Assembly: GCF_902713615.1 (NCBI RefSeq)
Contig: NC_052162.1
Span: 132,084,653 to 132,148,652, forward strand
DNA length: 64,000 nt
Direction of reading: 5' to 3'
Source: Scyliorhinus canicula
Taxonomy: Eukaryota
A model generated the notes under the pieces. The model was not told where the DNA came from. It made no database searches and was given only the letters and a program-made list of their open reading frames with translations. Within the stretch, counting starts at the first letter, position 1. Each line of letters begins with the position of its first letter. Positions 11,334 to 24,530 of this stretch are shown here, piece after piece. Made by a program: the position numbers and the translations under genes.

Positions 11334-11890
11334 GGGCGGAAGTTTCCGACACCCCGAGAATCGCCCGGGGCCGGTGTCAATCCCGCCCCCGCCGTGGCCC
11401 GAATTCTCCGCCACCCGGGAATCGGCGAGGGCGGGAATCACGCCACGCCGGTTGGCGGGCCCCCTGTGGCGATTCTCCGGCCCGCGATGGGCCGAAGTAC
11501 CGCCGCTGACAGGCCGTTCCCGCCGGCGGGAATCAAAGCACACCTGGTGCCGGCGGGATTGGCGATGGGGCGGGTGCCGGGGTCCTGGGGGGGGGAGGGG
11601 GGGGGCGAGGGGCGATCTGGTCCCGGGGGGTGCCCCCACGGTGGCCTGGCCTGTGATCGGTGCACACTGATCAGCGGGCGGGCCTGCACCGTGGGGGCCA
11701 CACTTTTTCTTCCGCCCCGCCATGGCCTTCACCATGGTGGGGGCGGAAGAGAACCCCCTCCGCTGTGCAGGCACCGGTATGACGTCAGCAGCCGAATTCC
11801 GCACCTTTGGGGAGGCCCAACGCCGGAGTGGTTCACGCCTCTCCGTCCCGCCGGGACCCCTGCCCCACTGGGTAGGGGAGAACCCCGGCC
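11334..11890. mobile_element. GC-rich non-autonomous DNA transposon (Harbinger-like MITE), 3-bp TSD AAT
   Basis: AAT|GGGCGGAAGTTTCC ... GGAGAACCCCGGCC|AAT: imperfect terminal inverted repeats, inserted in the CR1 coding sequence. Confidence 0.7.
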
Positions 11891-12814
11891 AATGTTTCCA
11901 TTTGTAGGAAAAACTAGAACCAGAGGTCACCATCTCAGAACAAAGGGACAATCCTTCAAAACTGATATAAGGAGGAATTTCTTCAGCCAGAGGGTGGTGA
12001 ATCTGTGGAACTCTTTGCCGTGGAAGGCTGTGGAGGCCAAATCACTGAGTGTCTTTAAGACAGAGATAGATAGGTTCTTGATTAACATGAAGATCAGGGG
12101 TTATGGGGAGAAGGCAGGAGAATGGGGATGAGAAAATATCAGCCGATTGGATGGCGGAGCAGACGCAATGGGCTGAGTGGCCTAATTCTGCTCCCATGTC
12201 TGTGATCTTATGTTCTCTTTGGAATCTCTGGAATTCCTTCCTTAAACCTCTCCACCTCGCTCCCCTCCTTTAAGACATTTGTTCAATCATAACTCATTGA
12301 CCAAGTGTTTGGTCATTTGTCCCAATAGCCCCTCGTGTGGCCTGGTGTTAAATTTTGTTTGAGAAAGTTCCTGTGAAACATTGTGGGAGGTTTTACTGTG
12401 TTAAAGGTGCTATATAGACACAGGTTGGTGGAAATGAGAAGGTTCAGGGATGATTTGATAGACAGATGAATAAAGACAAACTATTCCCTCTCGTGAGTGA
12501 CTCAATAAAGTGATTGAAAATCATTGACAAAAGATCGAGAAGGTCGAGGAGGAGAATTGTTTTCACTCCGAGAGTTGTTGGGATCTGGAATGGTCTCTGT
12601 GAAAAGATGGTGGAAGCTGATCTGATAAATAATGTTTCAAAAGGAGTTAGACAGCGACCCGCGGAGGAGGAGCTGAGGGTTACAGACAAAAAGCAGGAGC
12701 GAGGGATGAAGCATGACTGCTCTGTCAAAGAGCTAGCACAGGTATGATGGGCAGAATGGCCTCCTACTGTGCTGGAAGGTTCTGGGATTCTAATTTGCAA
12801 CTTGAATCAAAGTT

Positions 12815-13958
12815 CACCTGTGTTCCTGCTGACCTGCATTGACACCTGTGTTCCTGCTGACCTGCATTGATACCTGTGTTCCTGCTGACCTGCATTGACG
12901 CCTGTGCTCCTGCTGACCTGCATTGACACCTGTGTTCCTGCTGACCTGCATTGACACCTGTGTTCCTGCTGACCTGCATTGACACCTGTGCTCCTGCTGA
13001 CCTGCATTGACACCTGTGTTCCTGCTGACCTGCATTGACGCCTGTGCTCCTGCTGACCTGCATTGACGCCTGTGTTCCTGCTGACCTGCATTGACACCTG
13101 TGCTCCTGCTGACCTGCATTGACACCTGTGTTCCTGCTGACCTGCATTGACACCTGTGCTGCTGACCTGCATTGACACCTGTGTTCCTGCTGACCTGCAT
13201 TGATACCTGTGTTCCTGCTGACCTGCATTGACACCTGTGTTCCTGCTGACCTGTATTGACACCTGTGTTCCTGCTGACCTGCATTGACACCTGTGTTCCT
13301 GCTGACCTGCATTGACACCTGTGTTCCTGGTGACCTGCATTGACACCTGTGCTGCTGCTGACCTGCATTGACACCTGTGTTCCTGGTGACCTGCATTGAC
13401 ACCTGTGTTCCTGCTGACCTGCATTGACACCTGTGTTCCTGGTGACCTGCATTGACACCTGTGCTGCTGCTGACCTGCATTGACACCTGTGTTCCTGGTG
13501 ACCTGCATTGACACCTGTGCTGCTGCTGAACTGCATTGATACCTGTGCTGCTGCTGACCTGCATTGACACCTGTGTTCCTGCTGACCTGCATTGACACCT
13601 GTGTTCCTGCTGACCTGCATTGACACCTGTGTTCCTGCTGACCTGCATTGACACCTGTGCTCCTGCTGACCTTCATTGACACCTGTGTTCCTGCTGACCT
13701 GCATTGACACCTGTGCTGCTGACCTGCATTGACACCTGTGCTGCTGCTGACCTGCATTGACACCTGTGCTGCTGCTGACCTGCATTGACACCTGTGCTCC
13801 TGCTGACCTGCATTGACGCCTGTGTTCCTGCTGACCTGCATTGACACCTGTGCTGCTGCTGACCTGCATTGACACCTGTGCTGCTGCTGACCTGCATTGA
13901 CACCTGTGTTCCTGCTGACCTGCATTGACACCTGTGTTCCTGCTGACCTGCATTGACA
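12815..13958. repeat. 28-bp minisatellite, about 41 copies (some 25-bp variants)
   Basis: Unit CACCTGTGTTCCTGCTGACCTGCATTGA. Confidence 0.97.
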
Positions 13959-15679
13959 GAGTTCATTTCACAAACTCAGCCCTTCCCTGGGCTCTTTCCA
14001 GCTTCGGAGTGAGGGTTGTAATGTGGCCAAGATGGGAGATAAACTGCGCACAGGAATATCCCACAGACAGCAATGTCCCCAAAACAGCAATCAGATAGAA
14101 TGACCAGATCATCTCAGTCATGTTGGCTGAGGGATGAATGTTGTCCCAGGACCCTGGGGAACTGTCCTGTTCCTTCATGTCCACCAGGATGGGCAGACAT
14201 GTCACGATGTCCACCTCCATCTCTGTCTCACACTCTCTATGTGTATGTGTAGATCTGTTTTGTCTATATATATATATATATACAATATATATATATGCTA
14301 TCATTTATCTATCTGTCTATACGTATATATGATTTCTATATGGGTTAATTATGATGAGGAACGTTGCCCATTACCGTTCCACAGTTGAGTGTCCAGTATC
14401 TGTGAGTGATTTACAGAATTGTGCAGAGGTTCACAGCCAGAAAGGATCAGCAACATTACACTGATCACCCTCCCCCACCCTCTCCCCGGCCCCAACACCC
14501 ACCCAGCACAGGTCAGTGGGCTGCCCACAGAACCGGTCCCCTGTCACACTCCAGATAAAACAGTGGAAACACCTTTTTAAACCGAGTCTTTATCAGCAAC
14601 AAGCAGCAACGACCCACCCCAAATTAAACTCAGCCCATCAGCAATGATTGATGGAAACCGCACTCCAAATGTTCCACTGACTGGGTCAGCTCCACACACA
14701 GCAAATTGTTTCTGAGCTCAGAATGTTGTCCAGCTTCGAATAACCTCTTCCTGTCTTTTCCATCCTGTTGTCTCCTTCACTGTTTCCTCCCTCAAACCTC
14801 ACTCAGTGAGGCTGGGTAGTGAAGTCTGGTCTGGGGTTCACCGAGCCCTCCCTGAGCTCGACTAACTCGTCACTGATGGGGTTTAAGGAGTGCGGGGAAC
14901 TGTTCAATAACCATCGTTTCCCAGGTATATTTGACAAGAGTTGATACATTGGACAGTCTCCCTGACAGTGGGACATGGAGGGGCTCTGATTTTGTGACTG
15001 GACTCGGAATCCAGAGGCCTGGATTAATCCAGCAAATTTATAAATCCCAACAGTTTGAACATTTGGAATCATGGAGATATTTGGATATCTCAATGTGTGG
15101 GTCCAGTCCACGCTGAATCTAAACTCCCCACTGAAGCTGCCCCAGTGAGCCACACAGCCGTATCAAACCGAGATTGCAGAGGAAGATCCAACACCATCAC
15201 CAGATTCTCAGGGTAACTGGGCGATGGGGCTGGAAATACTAAGGCTGCTATTTCACCCACTTACCAAGAACAAGTTATTGCATTTATTGATGAGGGTGAT
15301 TTTGGGGAGCTGCTGTTGTAAAATTATGTTTAATTCTAGAAATGTAACTTCAACTGATGGATAGGTTTTGGATATCAGCAGCCATCCCCAATCCCGTTAT
15401 AAACAGGTTGTTTGTGAGCACAGAACTGAAGGAAGGAGCTGAGTGAATCTCATTGTTGCTGTCGTTAGGGACAGGCTCTGATAGAGATAATCAATACTGC
15501 AGGGAACAGAAGGAGGATCCAGACACATTTCTGATGGAGATGTGAGGATTGAGGAACATTCAGGAGGTTTCTTGAACTGTGTTTAACAGCCGGAGAGTTT
15601 TTCCCCAGAGATTTTCTCCTGAGATTAAATGGAACCAGAGTTCACGACAGGGGAGAGTTTACAGAGTCTCTGACAGGAG

Positions 15680-16010
15680 ATTAAATGGGTGGGAATCCTG
15701 GGACAGTGTGGATTATATATGGGATGTGGAAGGAGATTAAATGGGTGGGAATCCCAGGACAGTGTGGATTGTATATGGGAAGGAGATTAAATGGGTGGGA
15801 ATCCCGGGACAGTGTGGATTGTATATGGGATGTGGAAGGAGATTAAATGGGTGGGAATCCCAGGATAGAGTGGATTGTATATGGGATGTGGAAGGAGATT
15901 AAATGGGTGGGAATCCCGGGACAGTGTGGATTGTATATGGGATGTGGAAGGAGATTAAATGGGTGGGAATCCCGGGACAGTGTGGATTGTATATGGGATG
16001 TGGAAGGTGC
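15680..16010. repeat. 56-bp minisatellite, about 6 copies
   Basis: Unit GGGATGTGGAAGGAGATTAAATGGGTGGGAATCCCGGGACAGTGTGGATTGTATAT. Confidence 0.93.
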
Positions 16011-17567
16011 CAGATTTATGGGTTGACTGGCGTTTACAGTTCAGTGTTTCTGGGTCACAGGGTGAATTCCCTGCGTTGTTGACCAGTTAATCATCACCTT
16101 CAATCTGAGGCAATCTCCATCTACCTGATGATCCAAACTAATGTCTTTGTTTAAAGCTTTTGCCGATTTCCTCGTGATTTCAGGTGAAGAATGTCTATTT
16201 TAGAGACAGTTTTCTGATGCTCCTGTGCACGGGACAGGCAGTTCTCGAGTCGCGGAGGGAGATTGGATTTTGAGCCTCTTTTACCTTCAAACTTTCCGTC
16301 CTGTTGGTCTGGTCGCTTTTCGGTAAATATCAGAATTGTTTCTTGGTGTCGGTCACTAAATCGGAACCTCATTTCCATATGTAAAACACTGTGCTTATTC
16401 TTTTTAGTAACAGCGTTCCCTCTGGGAGGCCCCCTGTTCAGTTTAAGCGGTGCTGCTCACTCCTACAGGAAGTGGAAGGAGAAGGAAATAGAGCTGAGGT
16501 TGTGGCCAAGTTTCACACATCTGAAAACCAAGAATGAAAATATCAAACCTGTTTCTCCGAACTCGACAGCTGCACATTGAGAGATTCTGTTCCAATACAG
16601 AGAGAAATCCGAATGGGAGGAGACCATTCAGCCCCTCAATCCTGTTCTACACTTCAAATTAGACGATGGCTGATCTGTACCTGACTCTATTTTCCTGCCT
16701 TGTGTCTGGATCCTTCAATAGTCGGATTTGAACAAAACTCTGTTCATCCCAGTATTGAGTTTTTCACTGGATCCACCAGCCTCAGCATCTTTTCAGATTC
16801 GAGACTTCCTGATGTTCACTGCCCTTTGAGTGAAGAAATACTTCCTGACATCACTGGAGTGCTGAACCTGTGGCATTTGAGTGCAACAGTGAGAGTTTGC
16901 TGACTGAGGGAGTATAAAGGTTCATTTTTATTTAAAGTCTAGTATTTCTTTTATTTAGTTAATTAACTTAAAAGTTGCTGTTTGGTCCACAAGAAGGTTA
17001 ATTTTGAATCAGCTTTAAGCAAGGTTCTATTTGTAGGTACTTGCAGCTGGAGTTTGTTAATTAGTTAATTGGATTAGGACAGTTTTCAGAGGCTAGAGTC
17101 ACAGTCGAAATCTGAGCTAGTTATAGTGCAGACTTTGTTTGCACTGGAGTGCTGAACTTGAGTGCTACAGTGAGAGTTTGCTGACTGAGGGAGTGCTGAA
17201 CTTGTGGCATTTGAGCGCTACAGTGAGAGTTTGGTGACTGAGGGAGTGCTGAACTTGTGGCATTTGAGCGCTACAGTGAGAGTTTGCTGACTGAGGGAGT
17301 GCTGAACTTGTGGCATTTGAGTGCTACAGTGAGAGTTTGGTGACTGAGGGAGTGCTGAACTTATGGCATTTGAGTGCTACAGTGAGAGTTTGGTGACTTA
17401 GGGAGTTAGGTTTGGAGGGAGTAAGGTGCTCCTTACATTTCATTTCCTATATTTATCAAAGAGCGTGAAGGGAGCCAGGAGTTTAGCGTACAACTGACTG
17501 GAAGCAGAGTCGGAGGCCGGAGGTCCAGTTGGTCTACGGGGCAGCTAATTCTGTGAAGTAAGAGGGG

Positions 17568-18460
17568 ATGGAGGCTAGGGCAGTTGCATGCTCCTCCTGT
17601 AGGATGTGGGTGGTGAGGGATACCACTGGTGTCCCCGCTGACTATACCTGCGGGAAGTGCACCCAACTCCAGCTCCTCAGAGACCATGTTAGGGAACTGG
17701 AACTGGAGCTGGATGAACTTCGGATCATCCGGGAGGCAGAGGGGGTTATCGAGAAGAGTTACAGGGAGGTAGCCACACCCAAGGTACTGGACAAGAGTAG
17801 CTGGGTTACAGTCAGGGAAAAGAAAACTAACAGGCAGACAGTGCAGGGATCCCTCGTGCCCATTCTCCTTCAAAACAAGTATACCATTTTGGATGCTGTT
17901 GGGGGGGATGACCTACCGGGGGAAGGCCCTAGCGTCCGGGTCTCTGGCACTGAGTCTGGCTCTAGGGCTCAGAAGGGATGGGGGGAGCATAGAAAAGCAA
18001 TAGTAATCGGAGATTCAATGGTTAGGGGAATAGATAGGAGATTCTGTGGTCGCGAGCGAGACTCCCGAAAGGTATGTTGCCTCCCGGGTGCCAGGGCCAG
18101 AGATGTCTCGGATCGTGTCTTCAGGATCCTGAAGGGGGAGGGTGAGCAGCCAGAGGTCCTGGTGCACATTGGTACCAACGACGTAGGTAGGACAAGGTAT
18201 GTGGAGGTAATAAACAAGTTTAGGGAGTTAGGCTGGAAGTTAAAGGCCAGGACAGACAGAGTTGTCATCTATAGTTTGTTGCCGGTGCCACGTGATAGCG
18301 AGGCTAGGAATAGGGAGAGAGTGCAGTTGAACATGTGGCTGCAGGAATAGTGTAGGAGGGAGGGCTTCAGGTATTTGGATAATTGGAGCGCATTCTGGGG
18401 AAGGTGGGACCTGTACAAGCAGGACGGGTTGCATCTGAACCAGAGGGGCACCAATATCCT
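17568..18460 (+). pseudogene. CR1 ORF1: N-terminal zinc finger, coiled coil and SGNH/GDSL esterase domain
   Basis: CSSCRMW...CGKC, VIGDSMVRG, VHIGTNDV. A TAG at 18348-18350 (likely from TGG) interrupts the frame, which continues to the DGLHLN motif. Confidence 0.88.
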
Positions 18461-19922
18461 GGGGGGGGGGAGGATTTCCAGTAGTCTTCGGGAGGTTTTA
18501 AACTAATTTGGCAGGGGAATGGGAACCGGATTTGTAGTCCAGCAACTAAGGAAGCCGATATTCAGGACGCCAAAGCACGTAGTGATGCAGTGGGGAAGGT
18601 AACACTGACAAAGGGGAGTACTTGCAGGCAAGGAGATGGGTTGAAGTGTGTATACTTCAATGCAAGAAGCATCAGGAATAAGGTGGGTGAACTTAAGGCA
18701 TGGATCGGTACTTGGGACTACGGTGCGGTGGCCATCACGGAAACTTGGATAGAAGAGGGGTAGAAATGATTGTTGGAGGTCCCTGGCTATAGATGTTTCA
18801 ACAAGATTAGGGAGGATGGTAAAAGAGGTGGAGGGGTGGCATTGATAATTCGAGCTAGTATAACAGCTGCAGAAAGGCAGTTCGAGGGGGATCTGCCTAC
18901 TGAGATAATTTGGGTTGAAGTCAGAAATAGGAAAGGAGCAGTCACCTTGTTGGGAGTTTTCTATAGGCCCCCCAATAGCAGCAGAGATGTGGAGGAACAG
19001 ATTGGGAAACAGATTTTGGAAAGGCGCAGAAGTCACAGGGTAGTAGTCATGGGTGACTTCAACTTCCCAAACATTGAGTGGAAACTCTTTAGATCAAATA
19101 GTTTGGATGGGGTAGTGTTTGTGCAGTGTGTCCAGGAAGCTTTTCTAACTCAGTATGTAGATTGTCCGACCAGAGGGGAGGCCATATTGGATTTGGTACT
19201 TGGTAATGAACCAGGGCAGGTGATAGATTTGTTAGTGGGGGAGCATTTTGGAGGTAGTGACCGCAAAAGGGCAAGGTTTACAACCTTGGGGGAAGGGTAA
19301 ATACAATGCTGTCAGACAAGAATTGAAGTGCATAAATTGGGAACATAGGCTGTCAGGGAAGGACACAAGTGAAATGTGGAACTTGTTCAAGGAACAGGTA
19401 CTGCGTGTTTTTGATATATGTCCCTGTCAGGCAGGGAAGAGATGGTCGAGTGAGGGAACCATGGTTGACAAGAGAGGTTGAATGTCTTGTTAAGAGGAAG
19501 AAGGAGACTTATGTAAGGCTGAGGAAACAAGGTTCAGACAGGGCGCTGGAGGGATACAAGATAGCCAGGAGGGAACTGAAGAAAGGGATTAGGAGAGCTA
19601 AGAGAGGGCATGAAAAATCTTTGGCGGGTATGATCAAGGAAAACCCCAAGGCCTTTTACACATATGTGAGAAATATGAGAATGACTAGAGCGAGGGTAGG
19701 TCCGATCAAGAACAGTAGCGGGAGATTGTGTATTGAGTCTGAAGAGATAGAGGTCTTGAACAAGTATTTTTCTTCAGTATTTACAAACGAGAGGGGCCAT
19801 ATTGTTGGAGAGAACAGTGTGAAACAGACTGGTAAGCTCGAGGAGATACTTGTTAGGAAGGAAGATGTGTTGGGCGTTTTGAAAAACTTGAGGATAGATA
19901 AATCCCCGGGCCTGACGGGATA

Positions 19923-22857
19923 GAGCTGTTGGGGAGGGTTTAAACTAATGTGGCAGGGGGATGGGAACCAATGCTGGAAGTTGGAAGGTAGTAAAACAGG
20001 GACAGAAACAAAAGGAAGTAAGGGGAAAAGTGCAAGGCAGAGAAGACATAGTCAGAAATCCATAAGGGCGACAGTACAAGGTACAGTGACTGAGGGGAGC
20101 ACAGTGAATAGGCCCAGTAATAACAAAAGGAATAAAACTGGAGATGTTAAGATTCAAAACAGAGGTAAAAAAAACCAACATAAGTGTACTTTACCTGAAT
20201 GCTCGTAGTATTCGGAATAAAGTAAATGAGTTGGTGGCACAAATCATCGTAAATGACTATGATTTAGTGGCCATTACTGAAACATGGTTAAAGGATGGTC
20301 ACGACTGGGAGTTAAATATCCGAGGGTATCAAACTATTCGGAAGGACAGAGTGGATGGTAAGGGAGGTGGTGTTGCTCTGTTATTTAAGGATGACATCCG
20401 GGCAATAGTAAGGGATGACATTGGTGCTATGGAGGATAAGGTTGAATCCATTTGGGTGGAAATCAGGAATAGTAAGGCGAAAAAGTCACTGATAGGAGTA
20501 GTCTATCGGCCACCAAATAGTAACGAGATGGTGGGGCAGGCAATAAACAAAGAAATAACTGATGCATGTAGAAATGGTACAGCAGTTATCATGGGGGATT
20601 TTAATCTACATGTCGATTGGTTTAACCAGGTCGGTCAAGGCAACCGTGAGGAGGAGTTTATAGAATGTATCCGCGATAGTTTCCTAGAACAGTATGTAAT
20701 GGAACCTACGAGGGAACAAGCGGTCCTAGATCTTGTCCTGTGTAATGAGACAGGATTGATTCATGATCTCATAGTTAGGGATCCTCTCGGAAGGAGCGAT
20801 CACAATATGGTGGAATTTAAAATACAGATGGAGGGTGAGAAAGTAAAATCAAATACTAGTGTTTTGTGTTTAAACAAAGGAGATTACAAGGGGATGAGAG
20901 AAGAACTAGCTAAGGTAGACTGGGAGCTAAGACTTTATGGTGGAACAGTTGAGGAACAGTGGAGAACCTTCCAAGCGATTTTTCACAGTGCTCAGCAAAG
21001 GTTTATACCAAAAAAAAGGAAGGACGGAAGAAAGAGGGAAAATCGACCGTGGATATCAAAGGAAATAAGGGAGAGTATCAAATTGAAGGAAAAAGCATAT
21101 AATGCTAATTTCCAATCCACCGGGACCACCCCAGAGTCTAGTGAATTTCGGTAAATTATCACTAGTGCATCTGCAATTTCCCTAGCCATCTCTTTTAGCA
21201 CTCTGGGATGCATTCCATCAGGGCCAGGAGACTTATCTACCTTTAGCCCCATTAGCTTGCCCATCACTCCCTCCTTAGTGATAACAATCCTCTCAAGGTC
21301 CTCACCTGTCATAGCCTCATTTCTATCAGTCGCTGGCATGTTATTTGTGTCTTCCACTGTGAAGACCGACCCAAAAAACCTATTCAGTTCCTCAGCCATT
21401 TCCTCATTTCCCATTAAAAAAGGAGGTAGGCAGAAAGCAGGAAATTATAGGCCAGTGAGTTTAAATTCGGTAATAGGGAAGATGCTGGAATCTATCATCA
21501 AGGAAGAAATTGCGAGGCATCTGGATAGAAATTGTCCCATTGGGCAGACGCAGCATGGGTTCGTTAAAGGCAGGTCATGCCTAACTAATTTAGTGGAATT
21601 TTTTGAGGACATTACCAGTGCAGTAGATAACGGGGAGCCGATGGATGTGGTATATCTGGATTTCCAGAAAGCCTTTGACAAGGTGCCACACAAAAGGTTG
21701 CTGCATAAGATAAAGATGCATGGCATTAAGGGTAAAGTAGTAGCATGGATAGAGGATTGGTTAATTCATAGAAAGCAAAGAGTTGGGATAAATGGGTGTT
21801 TCTCCGGTTAGCAATCAGTAGCTAGTGGTGTCCCTCAGGGATCCGTGTTGGGCCCACAATTGTTCACAATTTACATTGATGATTTGGAGTTGGGGACCAA
21901 GGGCAATGTGTCCAAGTTTGCAGATGACACTAAGATGAGTGGGAAAGCGAAAAGTGCAGAGGATGCTGGAAGTCTGCAGAGGGATTTGGATAGGTTAAGT
22001 GAATGGGCTCGGGTCTGGCAGATGGAATACAATGTTGACAAATGTGAGGTTATCCATTTTGGTAGGAATAACAGCAAACGGGATTATTATTTAAACGATA
22101 AAATATTAAAGCATGCCGCTGTTCAGAGAGACTTGGGTGTGCTAGTGCATGAGTCACAGAAGGTTGGTTTACAAGTGCAACAGGTGATTAAGAAGGCAAA
22201 TGGAATTTTGTCCTTCATTGCTAGAGGGATGGAGTTTAAGACTAGGGAGGTTATGTTGCAATTGTATAAGGTGTTAGTGCGGGCACACCTGGAGTATTGT
22301 GTTCAGTTTTGGTCTCCTTACTTGAGAAAGGACGTACTGGCGCTGGAGGGTGTGCAGAGGAGATTCACTAGGTTAATCCCAGAGCTGAAGGGGTTGGATT
22401 ACGAGGAGAGGTTGAGTAGACTGGGACTGTACTCGTTGGAATTTAGAAGGATGAGGGGGGGATCTTATAGAAACATTTAAAATTATGAAGGGAATAGATA
22501 GGATAGATGCGGGCAGGTTGTTTCCACTGGCGGGTGACAGCAGAACTAGGGGGCATAGCCTCAAAATAAGGGGAAGTAGATTGAGGACTGAGTTTAGGAG
22601 GAGCTTCTTCACCCAAAGGGTTGTGAATCTATGGAATTCCTTGCCCAGTGAAGCAGTTGAGGCTCCTTCATTACATGTTTTTAAGGTAAAGATAGATAGT
22701 TTTTTGAAGAATAAAGGGATTAAGGGTTATGGTGTTCGAGCCGGAAAGTGGAGCTGAGTCCACAAAAGATCAGCCACGATCTAATTGAATGGCGGAGCAG
22801 GCTCGAGGGGCCAGATGGCCTACTCCTGCTTCTAGTTCTTATGTTCTTATGTTCTTA
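19923..22857 (+). mobile_element. Nested CR1 LINE (CR1-B): end of ORF1, ORF2 APE-RT, 3' tail; internal segment inverted
   Basis: LYLNARSIRNK, AITETW, MGDFN, SDHN (APE); LDFQKAFDKV, FADDTK (RT); tail (TTCTTATG)n ending at 22857. Confidence 0.9.
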
Positions 22858-24311
22858 TATCCAAGGATTCTATGGCAGGCAAGAAATGAAATTGCAGAGC
22901 CGTTCGCAATGATCTTTTCGTCCTCGCTGTCAACAGGGGTGGTACCAGAGGATTGGAGAGTGGCGAATGTCGTGCCCCTGTTCAGAAAAGGGAATCGGGA
23001 TAACCCTGGGAATTACAGGACTGTTAGTCTTACTTCGGTGGTAGGCAAAGTAATGGAAAGGGTACTGAGGGATAGGATTTCTGAGCATCTGGAAAGACAC
23101 TGCTTGATAAGGGACAGTCAGCACGGATTTGTGAGGGGTAGGTCTTGCCTTACAAGTCTTATTGATTTCTTTGAGGAGGTGACCAAGCATGTGGATGAAG
23201 GTAAAGCAGTGGATGTGGTGTACATGTAATGTAGTAAGGCATTTGATAAGGTTCCCCGTGGTAGGTTTATGCAGAAAATAAGGAGGCATGGGATAGTGGG
23301 AAATTTGGCCAGTTGGATAACAAACTGGCTAACCGATAGAGGAGAGTGGTGGTGGATGGCAAATATTCAGCCTGGAGCCCAGTTACCAGTGGCGTACCGC
23401 AGGGATCAGTTCTGGGTCCTCTGCTGTTTCTGATTTTCATTAACGACTTGGATGAGGGAGTTGAAGGGTGGGTCAGGAAATTTGCAGATGATACGAAGAT
23501 TGGTGGAGTTGTGGATAGTGAGGAGGGCTGTTGTCAGCTTCAAAGAGACATAGATAGGATGCAGAGCTGGGCTGAGAAGTGGCAGATGGAGTTTAACCCT
23601 GACATGTGTGAGTTTGTCCATTTTGGAAGGACAAATATGAATGCGGAATACAGGGTTAACGGCAGGGTTCATGGCAATGTAGAGGAGCAGAGAGATCTTG
23701 GGGTCTATGTTCATAGATCTTTGCAAGTTGCCACTCAAGTGCATAGAGCTGTGAAGAAGGCCTATGGTGTGCTGGTGTTCATTAGCAGAGGGATTGAATT
23801 TAAGAGTCGTGAGGTGATGATGCAGCTGTACAAAACCTTGGTCAGGCCACATTTGGAGTACTGTGTGCAGTTCTGGTCACCTCATTTTAGGAAGGATGTG
23901 GAAGCTTTGGAAAAGGTGCAAAGGAGATTTACCAGGATGTTGCCTGGAATGGAGAGTAGGTCTTACGAGGAAAGGTTGAGGGTGCTAGGCCTTTTCTCAT
24001 TAGAACGGAGAAGGATGAGGGGCGACTTGATAGAGGTTTATAAGATGATCAGGGGAATAGATAGAGTAGACAGTCAGAGACTTTTTCCCCGGGTGGAACA
24101 CACCATTACAAGGGGACATAAATTTAAGGTAAATGGTGGAAGATATAGGGGGGATGTCAGAGGTAGGTTCTTTACCCAGAGAGTAGTGGGGGCATGGAAT
24201 GCACTGCCTGTGGAAGTAGTTGAGTCGGAAACGTTAGGGACCTTCAAGCGGCTATTGGATAGGTACATGGATTAGGGTAGAATAATGGAGTGTAGATTAA
24301 TTTCTTCTTCA

Positions 24312-24530
24312 GGGCAGCACGGTAGCATTGTGGATAGCACAATTGCTTCACAGCTCCAGGGTTCCAAGTTCGATTTCGACTTGGGTCACTGTCTGTGTGG
24401 AGTCTGCACATCCTCCCGGTGTGTGCATGGGTTTCCTCCGGGTGCTCCGGTTTCCTCCCACAGTTCAAAGATGCGCAGGTTGGGTGGATTGGCCATGATA
24501 AATTGCCCTTAGTGTCCAAAATTCTATGAT
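24312..24530 (+). mobile_element. tRNA-derived HE1-like SINE inserted in the CR1-A 3' UTR (internally deleted)
   Basis: GGGCAGCACGGTAGCATTGTGG (A-box-like), AGTTCGATTTC (B-box-like), core GGGTTTCCTCCGGGTGCTCCGGTTTCCTCCCACAG. Confidence 0.85.

Larger units (their letters stand above)
10320..12215 (+). mobile_element. 5'-truncated CR1 LINE (RT and 3' end) interrupted by a solo LTR and a MITE
   Basis: SGVPQGSVLGPQLFTIYINDL, FADDTKIC, LVKPHLEYC, RRNFFSQRVVNLWNSLP, then a CR1-type 3' UTR. Confidence 0.92.

Noticed and set aside
11289-12131. GC-rich 220-276 aa ORFs
   Set aside because: They run through a GC-rich MITE and into CR1 sequence, so the open frames reflect stop-codon scarcity.
12764-13966. 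Long 296-379 aa ORFs on the minus strand
   Set aside because: They result from the stop-free 28-bp repeat in several frames.
14803-15153. 116-aa minus-strand ORF in unique sequence
   Set aside because: No recognisable domain and no convincing splice sites or start context.
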